Of a stretch of 64,000 nucleotides of DNA, positions 1-12,720 are shown piece by piece. The notes beneath the pieces were generated by a model. The model did not search any database and was not told the DNA's origin. It saw only the letters and a list, made by a program, of their open reading frames with translations. The translations under genes and the position numbers were made by a program. The first letter of the stretch is position 1. Every line of letters begins with the position of its first letter. The DNA is from the human T2T-CHM13v2.0 reference genome, Homo sapiens, in NCBI RefSeq assembly GCF_009914755.1, contig NC_060925.1. One strand, written 5' to 3'.

Positions 1-84
1 GAAAGCCACTTAGAAGGGAACCTCAATAAATGAACTGACTGAAACAATGGAGAATATTCAAACATATTCAACATGCTCAAATAA

Positions 85-1245
<1,161 letters not shown>

Positions 1246-1635
1246 TCACAAGTGGCCACTCCATTTGAACAAACCAGGAGAGCCTCCATGCAGCTCAGAG
1301 CCTCCCAAGTGGACCGGGACCCGCGCCGGGTCCACTGTGAAAAGGGTCCTTCGCCTTAACTGTTACACCCACGCAATGAGCACTTGCCCCTTGCCAGACA
1401 CTGGCACCCCCCTTCAATCCTCACCACCCTCTTGGTGGATCCCTCATCACCCCACTTTTAGCACATTCAGTAGATGGGGCCAAGCTGAGGTCACTTGCTG
1501 TGTGACGTCCATTGGAGTGGCAGCAGTTGAGGGGCACAAACTCAGCTCTGCAGCATCTAGCACTACCAGGAGTTGAAACCAGTTCTGGAGAGGGTGCCCC
1601 ACCTTCCTAGGAAAGTGGCCCGAAACCTCCCTTCA

Positions 1636-1935
1636 AGGGGGCGTGACCTGGGAGCCCCCTGTTGCCCAGGACGTGAACTGTGAGCTCCACTTCTCCCGAG
1701 GGCGTGGACCGGAGCCCCCCTTCTCCCGCGGGCATGGCCTGGGAGCTCCCCTTCTCTCGGGGGTGTGGCCCAGAGGCCCCATTCTGCGGGGGTGGGTAAC
1801 CTGGGAGCCCCCTTCTCCCGGGGACGTGACCTGTGAGCTCCACTTCTTCCGAGGGCGTGGCCCGGAGCCCCCTTTTCACAGGGGCGTGACCTGGCAGCCC
1901 TCCTTCTCCCGGGAGCGTGGCCTGGAGCCCCCCAA
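1636..1935 (+). repeat. ~30-bp GC-rich minisatellite (~10 units, ~152-bp higher-order period)
   Basis: Units of the form GGGCGTG(G/A)CCTGGGAGCCCCCTTCTCCC. The block ggacgtga-ctgtgagctccacttct-ccgagggcgtgg recurs at ~1669 and ~1822. Confidence 0.85.
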
Positions 1936-2075
1936 CTACTGCCGGGGGCGAGGCCCAAGCGGAGGCCGCTCCTAGGCCACAGGCACCCCGTGACCCCGCC
2001 CCGGTTCTCCAGACAGCAGGTGACCCAGAGTCCCCGCCCTGCCCGGCGCAGCTGCTGCCGGGACCCAGCCCTCAC

Positions 2076-2090
2076 CTTCCGGCTCCTCAT
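2076..2090 (-). CDS. C1orf174: C1orf174 (UPF0688) coding part of exon 1, MRSRK; the rest of the gene lies left of the window
   Basis: Minus strand ATG AGG AGC CGG AAG followed by phase-0 donor GTGAGG (intron starts at 2075), inside a CpG island. Matches the recalled C1orf174 N-terminus MRSRK|LTGAVR. GC-rich 5'UTR to ~2190. Confidence 0.85.
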
Positions 2091-2232
2091 GAGTGTGAGC
2101 ACCGCAGCCAAGCACCGCGCGCCCCGGCCAACGCGTCCCGGCGGAGCGGCGACCCGGAGTCTGCAGAGCGCGCCGCGGCGGCGTCCGACGTCAGCACAGC
2201 CAATCACAGTGCAGCACCCTCGTCATGTGATT

Positions 2233-2250
2233 CCCCCCCCCCCCCCCCCC
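2233..2250. repeat. C18 homopolymer (G18 on minus strand)
   Basis: 18 consecutive C. Confidence 0.97.
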
Positions 2251-2329
2251 GTGTTGGCTCTTTCGTAAGCGGCGGGCGAAGGTCACAGGCCTTGGGCCAG
2301 TGGTGGGACACTGGAGCAGGAAGTCGGCC

Positions 2330-2830
2330 TGTGGCCGGCCATGTTCATGAGGGCGCGTCCCTTGGCACCCCTGTAGCCGCTATGTTTCCCACGCCCGTGG
2401 CAGGCCTGAGAGATTATGTTTGCGGGGGGTGCTTTTTTTGTAGCTTCTGTGTTCGCCATATTTGAAAGGGGCAGACGGCCATGTTCGTGAACGGCGCTTC
2501 CCTTGGTGCACCTGTGGCCGCCATGTTTGAGCGAGGTGGGCAACTATGTTCTTGAGGGGGGAGCAACCATGTTCTTGAGGGGCTCTTCCCTTGAAGCCTC
2601 TTTGGCCACCATGTTTGAGAGGGGCAGACGGCCATGTTTGTAAGGGGCGCTTCTCTTGGTGCGCCTGTGGCCGCTATGTTTGAGAGGGGCAGGCAACCAT
2701 GTTCGTGAGGGGCGCTTCCCTTGAAGCCTCTTTGGCGCCATGTATGAGAGGGGCGGACGGCCATGTTTGTGAGGGGCTCTTCCTTTGGTGCGCCTGTGGC
2801 CGCCATGTTTGAGAGGGGCGGGCGGGACGT
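2330..2830 (+). repeat. ~65-bp tandem array (42+23-bp subunits) with ~15 co-oriented YY1-like motifs
   Basis: Unit ~gccatgttcgtgaggggcgcttcccttggtgcgcctgtggcc-gccatgtttgagaggggcagacg. Perfect CGCCATNTT at 2454, 2519 and 2801; GGCCATGTT at 2337, 2477, 2630 and 2759. Confidence 0.9.
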
Positions 2831-3233
2831 CCGTGAGGGGCCCCTCCCCTTGCATCCCCTGGCTAACAGCCTGCAGGAGGGCGGGAAGTGCTTTCTCCAG
2901 TGCCGCAGAGCGCTGGTTTCTGAGTGCCGGTTAGCGGCCTTGAGCAGCGCGAGGGACTCCCAGGCCTGCCCGTGCTGCGGTCCCGCTGGGGAGCTTTGCG
3001 CGCTTGTCGCAGGCTGTGCTGCCCCGCGACATGCCGCTTTGGGTTGGGGTGGCCCGCCCGGGAAGTGGCCTCAGCTGTCCCCCACGTTGCGGGCGGGAGG
3101 GGGCCTTAGTGGAGGCCGTCGGTGGGCCCAGGAGGCCAGGGTCCGGCGTCGGGCTGGGGGCCGGTTTTCGTCCCCCGTTACGTGCAAGGCGGGAAATGAC
3201 CCCTCCGCCGTCCCGTTACTCTCCGGGGCCAAC

Positions 3234-4088
<855 letters not shown>

Positions 4089-5494
4089 ACACTGTTCTGT
4101 TCTTAAGAATTTCAACATAGAAATGAAATCCAGCCTTGCCTTAAACCCTCCAGCCCTCAAGTTCTCTGGGCTCTAGGATGTGTGTCTTCAGAAAAGGGCG
4201 CAGGGTGGAAGCCACATCAGAGGCCGAGGACACCTGGCCCCTCCCCTCTCCGCCCGCAGGTGGCTGCGCAGTCCAGGGCTGGCTCCCAGGTGCTCGGGCG
4301 CAGGGTGCACCCAGCAGCCCGTACTGTGCTTTGCAAATAAATGGGAGTCTTATTTCCTTTTTAAATCATTATTTTTTTTTTCAAGTGAGAACATTTAAAT
4401 CAGGCAGTTTTGTCAGAAGCATTAGGTTTTCCACTTAAACTACAAAGGTTGAAAAGTGAACTGCATTGCATTGTGGCTTCATGGCCTGCTCAGGGTCCCT
4501 CTGTGCACTGTTCCAAGGCAGGGTGTGATTCATAATCTCTTCCAAAAGCATCAGTGTGCCTTCTCTTACGGTATGACTCTCTCAAAGCCCAGACATGCAG
4601 CTGATGCCTCCTTTTAGTGCCTGAGAAGGGAGAGTATTTAAGGATCCTGCCAGCTTGAGCTCTATGCAGCCTCCACTCTCTTTAGAAGTGTGACGTTTGG
4701 TAATTAGGTGGAGCCCTCAAATTAGACTGCACGTGGGGTTTTGCTTTCGGCAGTGAGTGAAGATGCTTGCAGCCCTGGTGTACACACACACACACATGTC
4801 CTACCTGGCTGTTGTACCCTCTCTCTTCCTAGCCCTGCGCTTCTCCCGTGTTATTATCCATGTTGTACAGAAGGGGAGGAGACAAATGTGTAACTGGCAG
4901 GAAATGCGTTTGAAATGGAAACTTAATATAATCGCTGCCAGCTGTTCAGAAAAAAATGAGAGCGAGCGATACTTTGTTAAACACCTAGCCTGTCCCATTT
5001 TCGCAGAGATTGATTTCATAATAAGCTTGGTTCAGTGGTTTTATTTCCCAGTCCTTGGGAGCTCAAAGTTTTCATCCACTGGGGCTTGGCTGGTGTTTGC
5101 CTGTCTTGTTTGTGGTTGGTGCCAGTTGATGTAAATGCCTCACTGCCTGGCCTCGCCCGCCCGATGGGGGCTCTGGGCTCCGAGCCATGTGGACTTTTAA
5201 CATCCCAAAGGGCACTCTCCTTCCCTTCACCAATGTTGTCTGTCCTCTCCCCAGGTCTGGGATGAGCATGGTTTCCAGCCTCCCAGCTGTAAGGCCTGAC
5301 ACCCAGGCCATTGGTGAATGTCTCTCTCTCCCTGCCCACATCCTGTCAGATGCCGGTTGCTGTTAATTCTAGACTTTGAAGCCTCACGGCTGGTCTCTCC
5401 TTTTCCTCTGGCCTGGGCAGCCCACAGCTGTTGGGGTGATCCCCTGCTTCTGGGATCCAGAGCCACAGTCTTAGAGTGGCCTGTAAGTCCTGGC

Positions 5495-5545
5495 ATGGTG
5501 CCTGGCACACTGTGGGTGCCCAGCAGGTGTTTGTCCAATGAATGT
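5495..5545 (+). mobile_element. L2 3'-end remnant
   Basis: gtgcctggcacactgtgggtgcccagcaggtgtttgtccaatgaatg resembles the L2 terminus. Confidence 0.5.
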
Positions 5546-6341
5546 GCGGAAGGGCTTCTGAGCTTGCTCACCGTTGCCGCTCCCTGCTCCAGCCGCACAG
5601 AGTCCCAGCACCTGTTCCCCTGCCCCTCTGCTATCCACAGTGCCTCCCTCAGCTCCTGACCACTGCAAAGCCTCTTCCCCACTTCCCTGTGCCTGAAAAC
5701 CTTCTTTCCCCAGCTCCCCAACCCACGTTTTGCCTGGCTAATCCATTTGTTAAACCTCAACTCAGCTTATATCTCCTGTCCTCAGGGGGCCCTTCCTGGA
5801 TGCTCCCCCGCCCCCTACATTCAATCTGCCGGTTGCTGCTTTTTTAGTGTTCTGCACTCTTCTACCAGGACCCCGTGGCAGGCCAGGACCGTTTCTCCGG
5901 TGCTATCCCAGAGCATGGCGCATCCACTCATTCACTCAAGGTATCAAGCTCCACTGTGTTCTGGGGACTGGGCCAGGCGCAAGCCCAGGCATGGAATCAT
6001 CACACAGAATTGTACGTTTGCAGTGTGATGGGAGCCACGGGGGAGAGGCCACATGGGCAACAGCACAGAGCTGGGGGTGTCGGGTGAGGATCCTGGGAGG
6101 AAGTGGCTGGGGCCCCCTCTCCCTCCCTCATCCTGTAGGATGCAGGCCCCTTTCAGGCCCACCCGGGGGAAACAGAGCCTCCTAGTCAAGGCTGGATGTG
6201 CAGTGGAGCCCTGTCTGGACAGGCTACCCCTCCTGACGAGGTGGGAGGTGTTGGCGTGGGCAGAGGAGCCAATCTTGAATTCTCTCCCCCGCTCCACCTC
6301 AAGCTGCCATGTGGAATTGCAGGAGACCCTGGAGGGAGCAG

Positions 6342-6443
6342 AAAACCAGGCTCGGCCGAAGCCACCTCCACACCACGGTTTCCTGGGTTCCCCAAAACCA
6401 GGCTTGGCCGAAGCCACCTCCACACCACAGCTTCCCGGGTTCG
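6342..6443 (+). repeat. 2 x 52-bp direct tandem duplication
   Basis: aaaaccaggct(c/t)ggccgaagccacctccacaccac at 6342 and 6394. Confidence 0.9.
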
Positions 6444-7033
6444 CTGTGTCTGCTTCTGTTCTTATTCCTGATTAGCTGTGCCCCCACCCGGCCAGGTCAG
6501 GGCACAGTGAGACTCCCCATGGTGGCAGGCGTGTGAAGTCTGTGCAGGCTTGTACGTGGCTGGCCCCCCACCTGAACTGTACGCCCCTGGAAGGCAGGGT
6601 CCGTGTTTTGTTCACGGAGGCTGGTGATACCCAGAGGACATTGGCTGGCTGGCTGGCTGGCCGGGGGCGAGACGCACACAGAGAACTTGAGGATTGTGGA
6701 TTGGAGGAAACTTTGCATTCTTGCCCATACCACAAATTTCTGACTTAAAACACTGCTGTGCCCCAGTTCAGTATTTGCCTTTGACAAACACTGTAGGGCC
6801 AGTGAGAAAGTTGAAGAGATTTTTCAACTGACTAGCAGTCGGTAGACCCGTTAACTGAGGCCACCCCGGCCAGAGCACATTGCATTCCTGCCAACAGATG
6901 GTGGCCTGTATGATGACAGGGCCTCTCTTGCATATGGCCTTTTATAATTAAAAGAAAGAAGTAATAGGTAGAAAGAGAGAGAGAGAGGGAGAAGGCAGGG
7001 GAAAAAAAGCTTGCAGCATGCTTTTAAAATGTC

Positions 7034-7093
7034 ATCGCACCACTGCACTCCAGCCTGGGTGACAGAGTGAAACTTTGTCAAAAAAAAAAAAAA
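7034..7093 (+). mobile_element. Severely 5'-truncated Alu (3' ~45 bp plus poly(A))
   Basis: atcgcaccactgcactccagcctgggtgacagagtgaaactttgtc followed by an A-run. Confidence 0.85.
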
Positions 7094-9331
7094 AGTTCTC
7101 TTTGAATTGACCTAAACTAATGTTTTCTTAATAGCCCACCCTCTCCTATCCTCTCGGTCCACCCGACTTAGCTGGGCAAAAATAACCCTGTGGTAGGACA
7201 GCCGTCTGCTGTTGGAAAGTATCGCAGCTCCTCCCGTGTCTGCCCCGTGCACATGTGCCAAGGTCCTGCCTTGAATGAAGGACACAGCGGAGAAGGATGT
7301 AGGCTCTGAGCCTGCTAGGGTGCCTGAGAGACTCACAGGACTACCCCTGGGGCAGTTGGAAGATGCCCAGAAACTTCAGGGAGCCACCAGCATGGGGCAG
7401 AGGGTCTCTTCTGGAGTTGGTGGCATCAGAATCAGGTGTAGAGTACATAGGAACTGTTGGCGCCGTGCAGAGATGGGGAAGGAGGTGCCGGTGGAAGGGC
7501 CCAATGCCTGCGCCCCTGGGGCCCTCACTGGAGGCTGAGCATCCACTGGACTCTTGTAGCCCGCTTTGTAGACTGATCAGTAGTCTGTGACATGACGATG
7601 TTTGAGTAGAGTAGACCATTTTCTGCTTCATATATCCTACAACGTGCTGGGATCAGGAGGCAGTGGTGGGTCCATGGCATCTGACCCAGCCCGACGCCCT
7701 TGTGGTCTCCAGGCGGTCATGACCCATGGCCTGACCCGGCTTGGTCAGCCCGGCCTGGCCGTGTCTTCCCAGGTTCACACCCAGCCCTGGCCCCTCTCTG
7801 CCCCCTTGCCAGGAAATTTGAGTCCTCCTTAACGTTTCTCAATATTGTGGTTTTGTTTTGTTCTTTCTCATTCATTTGTCTTTTAATTTTTGGCTTCCGT
7901 TTTTTATGGGCACCTAATTGTGTGTGTTCTAAAAATTGAATTGTGCTTCTGTTCTTATTGATGGCAGCTAACCATCACTGTGTAAGTAGGCAGGATGTGG
8001 AGGTCTACCTAGGAGAACTCGCTTGCCTCTGCTTTTCACCGACGCAGGCCCGGTGGAGATGCTCCAGCGGAAGCCAGGACTTGTCTCCTGGTGGAGTCCA
8101 CCGGTTTCATTCATCAAAAGTTTGTTGGGCTCTCTGCACACACGTTGTAAAGAGCACTGCAGGCAGTGCACAGGCAGGGCTGTGGGAGCTGTGGGCGTGG
8201 CTCCCGCCAGGGTGGAGCTGCACCCTCCATGGGGAGTCATGGTGCATGTGCACAGCTGCAGAGAGAGGCTGCAGGGCAGGAGAACCTCGGGAACCCCGTA
8301 GTCTCCGCTTGCCCTGACTGTATGAAGAACATGCTCCATTTGGGTATCAGTGAAACTGCACACCAGGGGGGAACATTCAAATCGTGAACTCCAACATCAT
8401 CCAGCAGAAAAGCTCCGAGCGATGGGCCACTTTGTGCCTTGCTGCCAGCCCTCCGCTGGGATCACGCTGCAGTGTCCTTTGAAGAAAAGGCCTGGGATTT
8501 GCAGAGCCTGGAGAAGGCTAAATTTCCAACTAGATGAAAAAAAAAATTGCCATTTTATGAGAACCTTTGGGCAGTCTGGAAGAAAAACACCAAGATGAAA
8601 AGCCCTATTTTGAGAGCTCCCTTGCCTTCAAGCAGGGGCCGCTGGCAGTGGAAACCGGCTGGGGATCGGGCTGATGGCAGAGTGAGGTTCAGGCTGGGAG
8701 CGGGCATGTGGACAGGTCCCTCCCTGCAGATCCACGTCTGCCTCCCACTCGCAGATGCCCCTGTGCCCAGCGCACCGTAGGCTCACTTGGTCAAACATCA
8801 GGGGCATGGCAGGGCCAACAGATAAATGGATTTTCCCGCAAACGTACTAGTCATTGATGGGCAGCTGTTTTTCCCTCTGTGGCCGTGTAGCCATGCTCAG
8901 GCCATGTGCAGGATGAGGAATTCCTGAAGAACTGTCTGCACCCAGGGCAGAGATTACGGGGTTCTGAGGTTCCCCCGCCCCGCGGCCTCTCTTGGCGGCT
9001 GTGCGTGTTCAGTTGCCTTCATTGAAACCCAAGCATCCGTCCTCGGCTGCCACCGACACAGGTCAAGGCCACCCAGGAGGAGACACTGTGGGGCCCTGCC
9101 CAGTTCTCACGGGTATCGCATTTTGGCAGGACGTGGACCCAGGCAGGACTGGGAACGATGACCCTCAAGTCCAGGTCGGTTCCCATGTGTGGCCTTCAGG
9201 AACTAAAATCATCAGCTTTCAAATCAAACAGGTTTCATCTGAGCTACTGAGACGTCACGGGCTGTCAGTAAAGGCCATGAGGGCCCCCTAGGGGCAGCAA
9301 AGGCCGTGGGAAGATGCAGGAAAGAGTGAGT

Positions 9332-9386
9332 GGGAAGGCAGGGGTGTGGCGGGAAGGCAGGGGTGCGGCCGGAGGGCGGGGTGGGG
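9332..9386 (+). repeat. 3 x ~19-bp G-rich repeat
   Basis: gggaaggcaggggtg(t/c)ggc twice, plus a degenerate third copy. Confidence 0.75.
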
Positions 9387-10255
9387 CTTGCAGGCTCTCC
9401 CGCCTAGTGTCTCAGCCACTTGAAAGTGAGCTGTGAATAGGCATCACTCCACTTTTAGGGATGCAGGACAGTAGAGACTGTGTGTTGGTGGCATGTTTCA
9501 GAAATGAGACTTCTCCACGTCGGTGGGGAGGGGTCTGCCCTGCTCATGGGCCCTGGGAGCGGAATGGCCGACGGCCGGTCTCTGCTCACCCAGGCTCGCT
9601 CCGCCCCACGGAGGATTCCCCAGTTTCCTCGAAGGGCACTTGCCTACCGAGGTCCCTGCGGCTGTGACTTCCCTGTCATGCTGCTTCCTAAGAATCCAGA
9701 ACAGATTCAGGTCAGTGCGTTTCGAGGCAGCTAAGTACAACGGCAGCGTCTGTCCTTAAACTTGAGTGCAGAGCCAGGGTCACCGCCGCCCGCTCGCAGC
9801 AGCTGACTGGTGTGAACTGATGGGGTGGACATAACCTGGCTTCTCAGGTGGGGCTTTGCAGGGCTGGCTTGCTCCAGGCTCCCTCCAGGCCACCTTGTGC
9901 AATGGTTTCACCTCGTCTTATTCTAGTGCAGGTTCGCCCCCTGCCTGGCTCCATCCTTCTTTTCAAAGTCTGGGCACAGAATGGAGGCCAGCCCACGTGG
10001 TTATCTGGTCTCCACACGTGTCTCTGGGTTTGTGGGGGTGTTGGCTTGCAGACCAGGAGCAGCTAACAAGGTCTGTACCTTGTTTCGAATTTTGGACTGA
10101 ACTGTCTGGAATTCTTGGACGTTCTCAAGCTAACTCAGTTGCATGAATTTAGAGGCAAAAGGGTGGGGATAATTTTTCCCTTGGATTTGTCAGTTCCAAG
10201 ATGTATAACTTTAGTATTCCAGAAAATAGATTTATACCAGATCGGGAATTTCTCT

Positions 10256-10316
10256 ATTTCTCTCTCTCTCTCTTTGCTCTCTCTCTGTCTCTCCTCTCTC
10301 TCTCTCTTTCTCTCTG

Positions 10317-10408
<92 letters not shown>
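10256..10408. repeat. Compound (CT)n(CA)n microsatellite
   Basis: Direct reading. Confidence 0.97.
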
Positions 10409-10410
<2 letters not shown>

Positions 10411-10414
10411 AGTA

Positions 10415-11295
10415 AGAGTTCAGGCCAGTTACAAAGGTCAAGGACACAGTCCATGCAAGGCCTCACCCTGGTACGAATCACAAGTTCAGGTGCCCAAGGC
10501 CACCCTCAGTTTGATGATTCTAGAAGGACTCCCAGAACTCCTTGAAAGCTATTACACTCACAGTTGTGGTTTCTGTATTAGTCCATTCTTGAATTGCTGT
10601 GAAGAAATACCTGAGACTGGGTAATTTATGAAGAAAAGAGGTGTAATTGGCTCCTGGGTCCACAGGCTGTACAGGGGCATGGTGGCACCTGCTCGGCTGC
10701 TGGGGAGGCCTCAGGAAGCCTCCAGTCCTGGCAGAAGCCAGAGGGGAGCCAGCCTGTCTGGGTGGGAACAACATCTACATAAATCAGTTCCTTACCGGGA
10801 AAGGATACAGATTAAGATTGGCCAAAGGAGGGGAGGCAGGGGGCCGAGTCCAGGAAAAGTGCCCCAAGCGGAGCTCTTGCTGTCCCTTTCCTGTGGGACT
10901 GGGACTTGTGACTCTCCTGCGTCAACGTGGTAGCACGAGCGAGGGCCAGCCTCAAGCCACAGTGTCCAGGTTCTCACTGGGGCTCCATTCCATGGGCATG
11001 GCTGATTGAGTGACCACCCAAATGGTCAGTCCCCGTCCTGCGGCCGATTGCCACCGTGTGGTCCCCATCTCCCACCCTCCATGACACCGTTGGTCTTTCT
11101 GGCATGGCCAGCCCCACCCTGAGACCATCATGGTGGCTCTCCTCCACCCTAAGTCACATCACTGGACTCTCCTGTGTAACCCAAGGCCCTGGGCAAACAG
11201 TGACTCCTATCAGGCAGGACATCGTGGAGGTCACCTCCCAGTGGCTGAGGACAAAGGTCAGGCCTCTTTGGGGCAGGATTCAATTCTTACCGCAG
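10415..11295 (-). mobile_element. MER21-like LTR, interrupted by an MST fragment
   Basis: ccaccctcagtttgatgattctagaaggactcccagaactc...aaaggatacagattaagattggccaaagg...aggacaaaggtcaggcctctttgggg. Subfamily uncertain. Confidence 0.6.
10573..10760 (-). mobile_element. MSTA/MSTB (MaLR) LTR fragment
   Basis: tgtattagtccattct...aaatacctgagactgggtaatttatgaagaaaagagg...gaggcctcaggaagc. Confidence 0.85.
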
Positions 11296-11950
11296 ACCTT
11301 CCTCCTCCCACACACAAGTGAGCTACGGAGAAAAGGGAATAGAATATCTCTCTGGTGGGTCTGGAATGCCCGTTTTCGGAGGCTGGTTGGAACTTTCTTA
11401 TCTCCTTTTATTTCTGATTTCTGTTGAAATTCCCCGGAACTAATGCCTATTGTATGAACCTGATTACAAAGAGAGAGATTTTACAGAGCATTTTTCCTCT
11501 CAGGAAAAAGGAGGCACCCTGCTTTTTTCTCAGTGAGAGAGAAATGTTCTTTGAATAATTTTTTAATTTACTAAAAAATTTTTGATCCTACTGCTAAGGG
11601 GATGCAACCTTCCTGCAGAGAGGCGTGCAGATAAAGTTGTCTTAATATTTGCATTTCTGCAGAGCATGGGCTGCTGCAGCCCGGGGGGTGTGTACCGTGG
11701 TGATTTGTAAAGTGACTTCTACCCTGTCACAGGGGTGAGGAAAATGGGTCCCCAGGCTGTGAAGGCCTCGTCCCTCCCCACGGCCATGGGAACCGGACTG
11801 AGGTTCCTTACTTGGCTGGACACAGTTTGACCCAGACTCTTCTCCAAACCAGAGGCCAGCCTTCCCACTTAGTAAAAAATTCGTTATCCTTCCCCTAGAT
11901 GTTATTAATTTCTTCCTGGGGTTTTAAAGAAGTCAGTGCATTTTATGGCC

Positions 11951-12038
11951 AGTGGAGTGTTGATGGTTCAGTGCACATAGCACCTGCGTCTGTGAGTGGA
12001 GTGTTGATGGTTCGGTGCACATAGCACCTGCGTCTGCG
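11951..12038 (+). repeat. 2 x 44-bp tandem duplication
   Basis: agtggagtgttgatggttc(a/g)gtgcacatagcacctgcgtctg at 11951 and 11995. Confidence 0.92.
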
Positions 12039-12564
12039 GTGATCAGCACCCTCGGGGCAGAGCGTTGCATCCAAACGGGCATTTTCGGCGTGATGTTCCC
12101 AGTGGGGCTTTTCCTAGCAATGGCTTTTTAAACTCTGCTGCGAGGACGCCCAGCATCAGCGACATCCAACTCCCTGGAACGGCAGGGCTGCCACTGAACT
12201 TGTGTGGTCCAGGCCTGGAGTGTCCAGTTCTCTCTCAAGCTGGGCACTGGGTCCCCGAGAGTCTCCCAAGGACAATGGAGAAGCAGGATGCGCGGGCTCA
12301 GAAGCAATGCGGCCCCCCAGCACTGCATGCCCAGCCACCCCAACTTCTAGGCAGCTGCAGGCTCCCACCTGCGCAGAGAATAGGCTGTTCACCTGCAACG
12401 GCGGCTGGCGCCGGGGGAGGTGGGCGTTCTGGGAGAGGAGGAGCCCCTGGCTGCATGGCTGTGCCGTGGGTGGTGCCGTGGACCTGCTGGTGGCCGAGTC
12501 CCTCTGAGGGCTGCATGTTTTGAGGGGACCCTGGCTTTGGCCTGGCATGGACCCTCTTGCGCAG

Positions 12565-12720
12565 ATCATCTCGTGATTCTCCTGGCAACCCTGTGAGACG
12601 GACGGGTTCTTTCATTGCCCACTGTTGGCACCTGGGGAGATGGAGGAGCACAGAGGGGACACACCTTGCTCAGGATCACACAGCAAGGAGGTGCCAAGGT
12701 CGAGTTGGACCTGGACTCCC
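12565..12720 (-). mobile_element. MIR remnant
   Basis: caaccctgtgag...gcacagagggg...cttgctcaggatcacacagc. Confidence 0.55.

Noticed and set aside
1563-2207. 214-aa minus-strand ORF as a full protein
   Set aside because: It is the C1orf174 exon-1 frame reading through the splice donor into the intronic minisatellite; only MRSRK is supported.
2330-2830. CRISPR-like repeat-spacer array
   Set aside because: Intervening segments are themselves repeated, the DNA is human, and there are no cas genes; it is a minisatellite.
7590-7685. Possible C/D-box snoRNA (ATGACGA...CTGA)
   Set aside because: Imperfect C box, no terminal stem, no recognisable guide.
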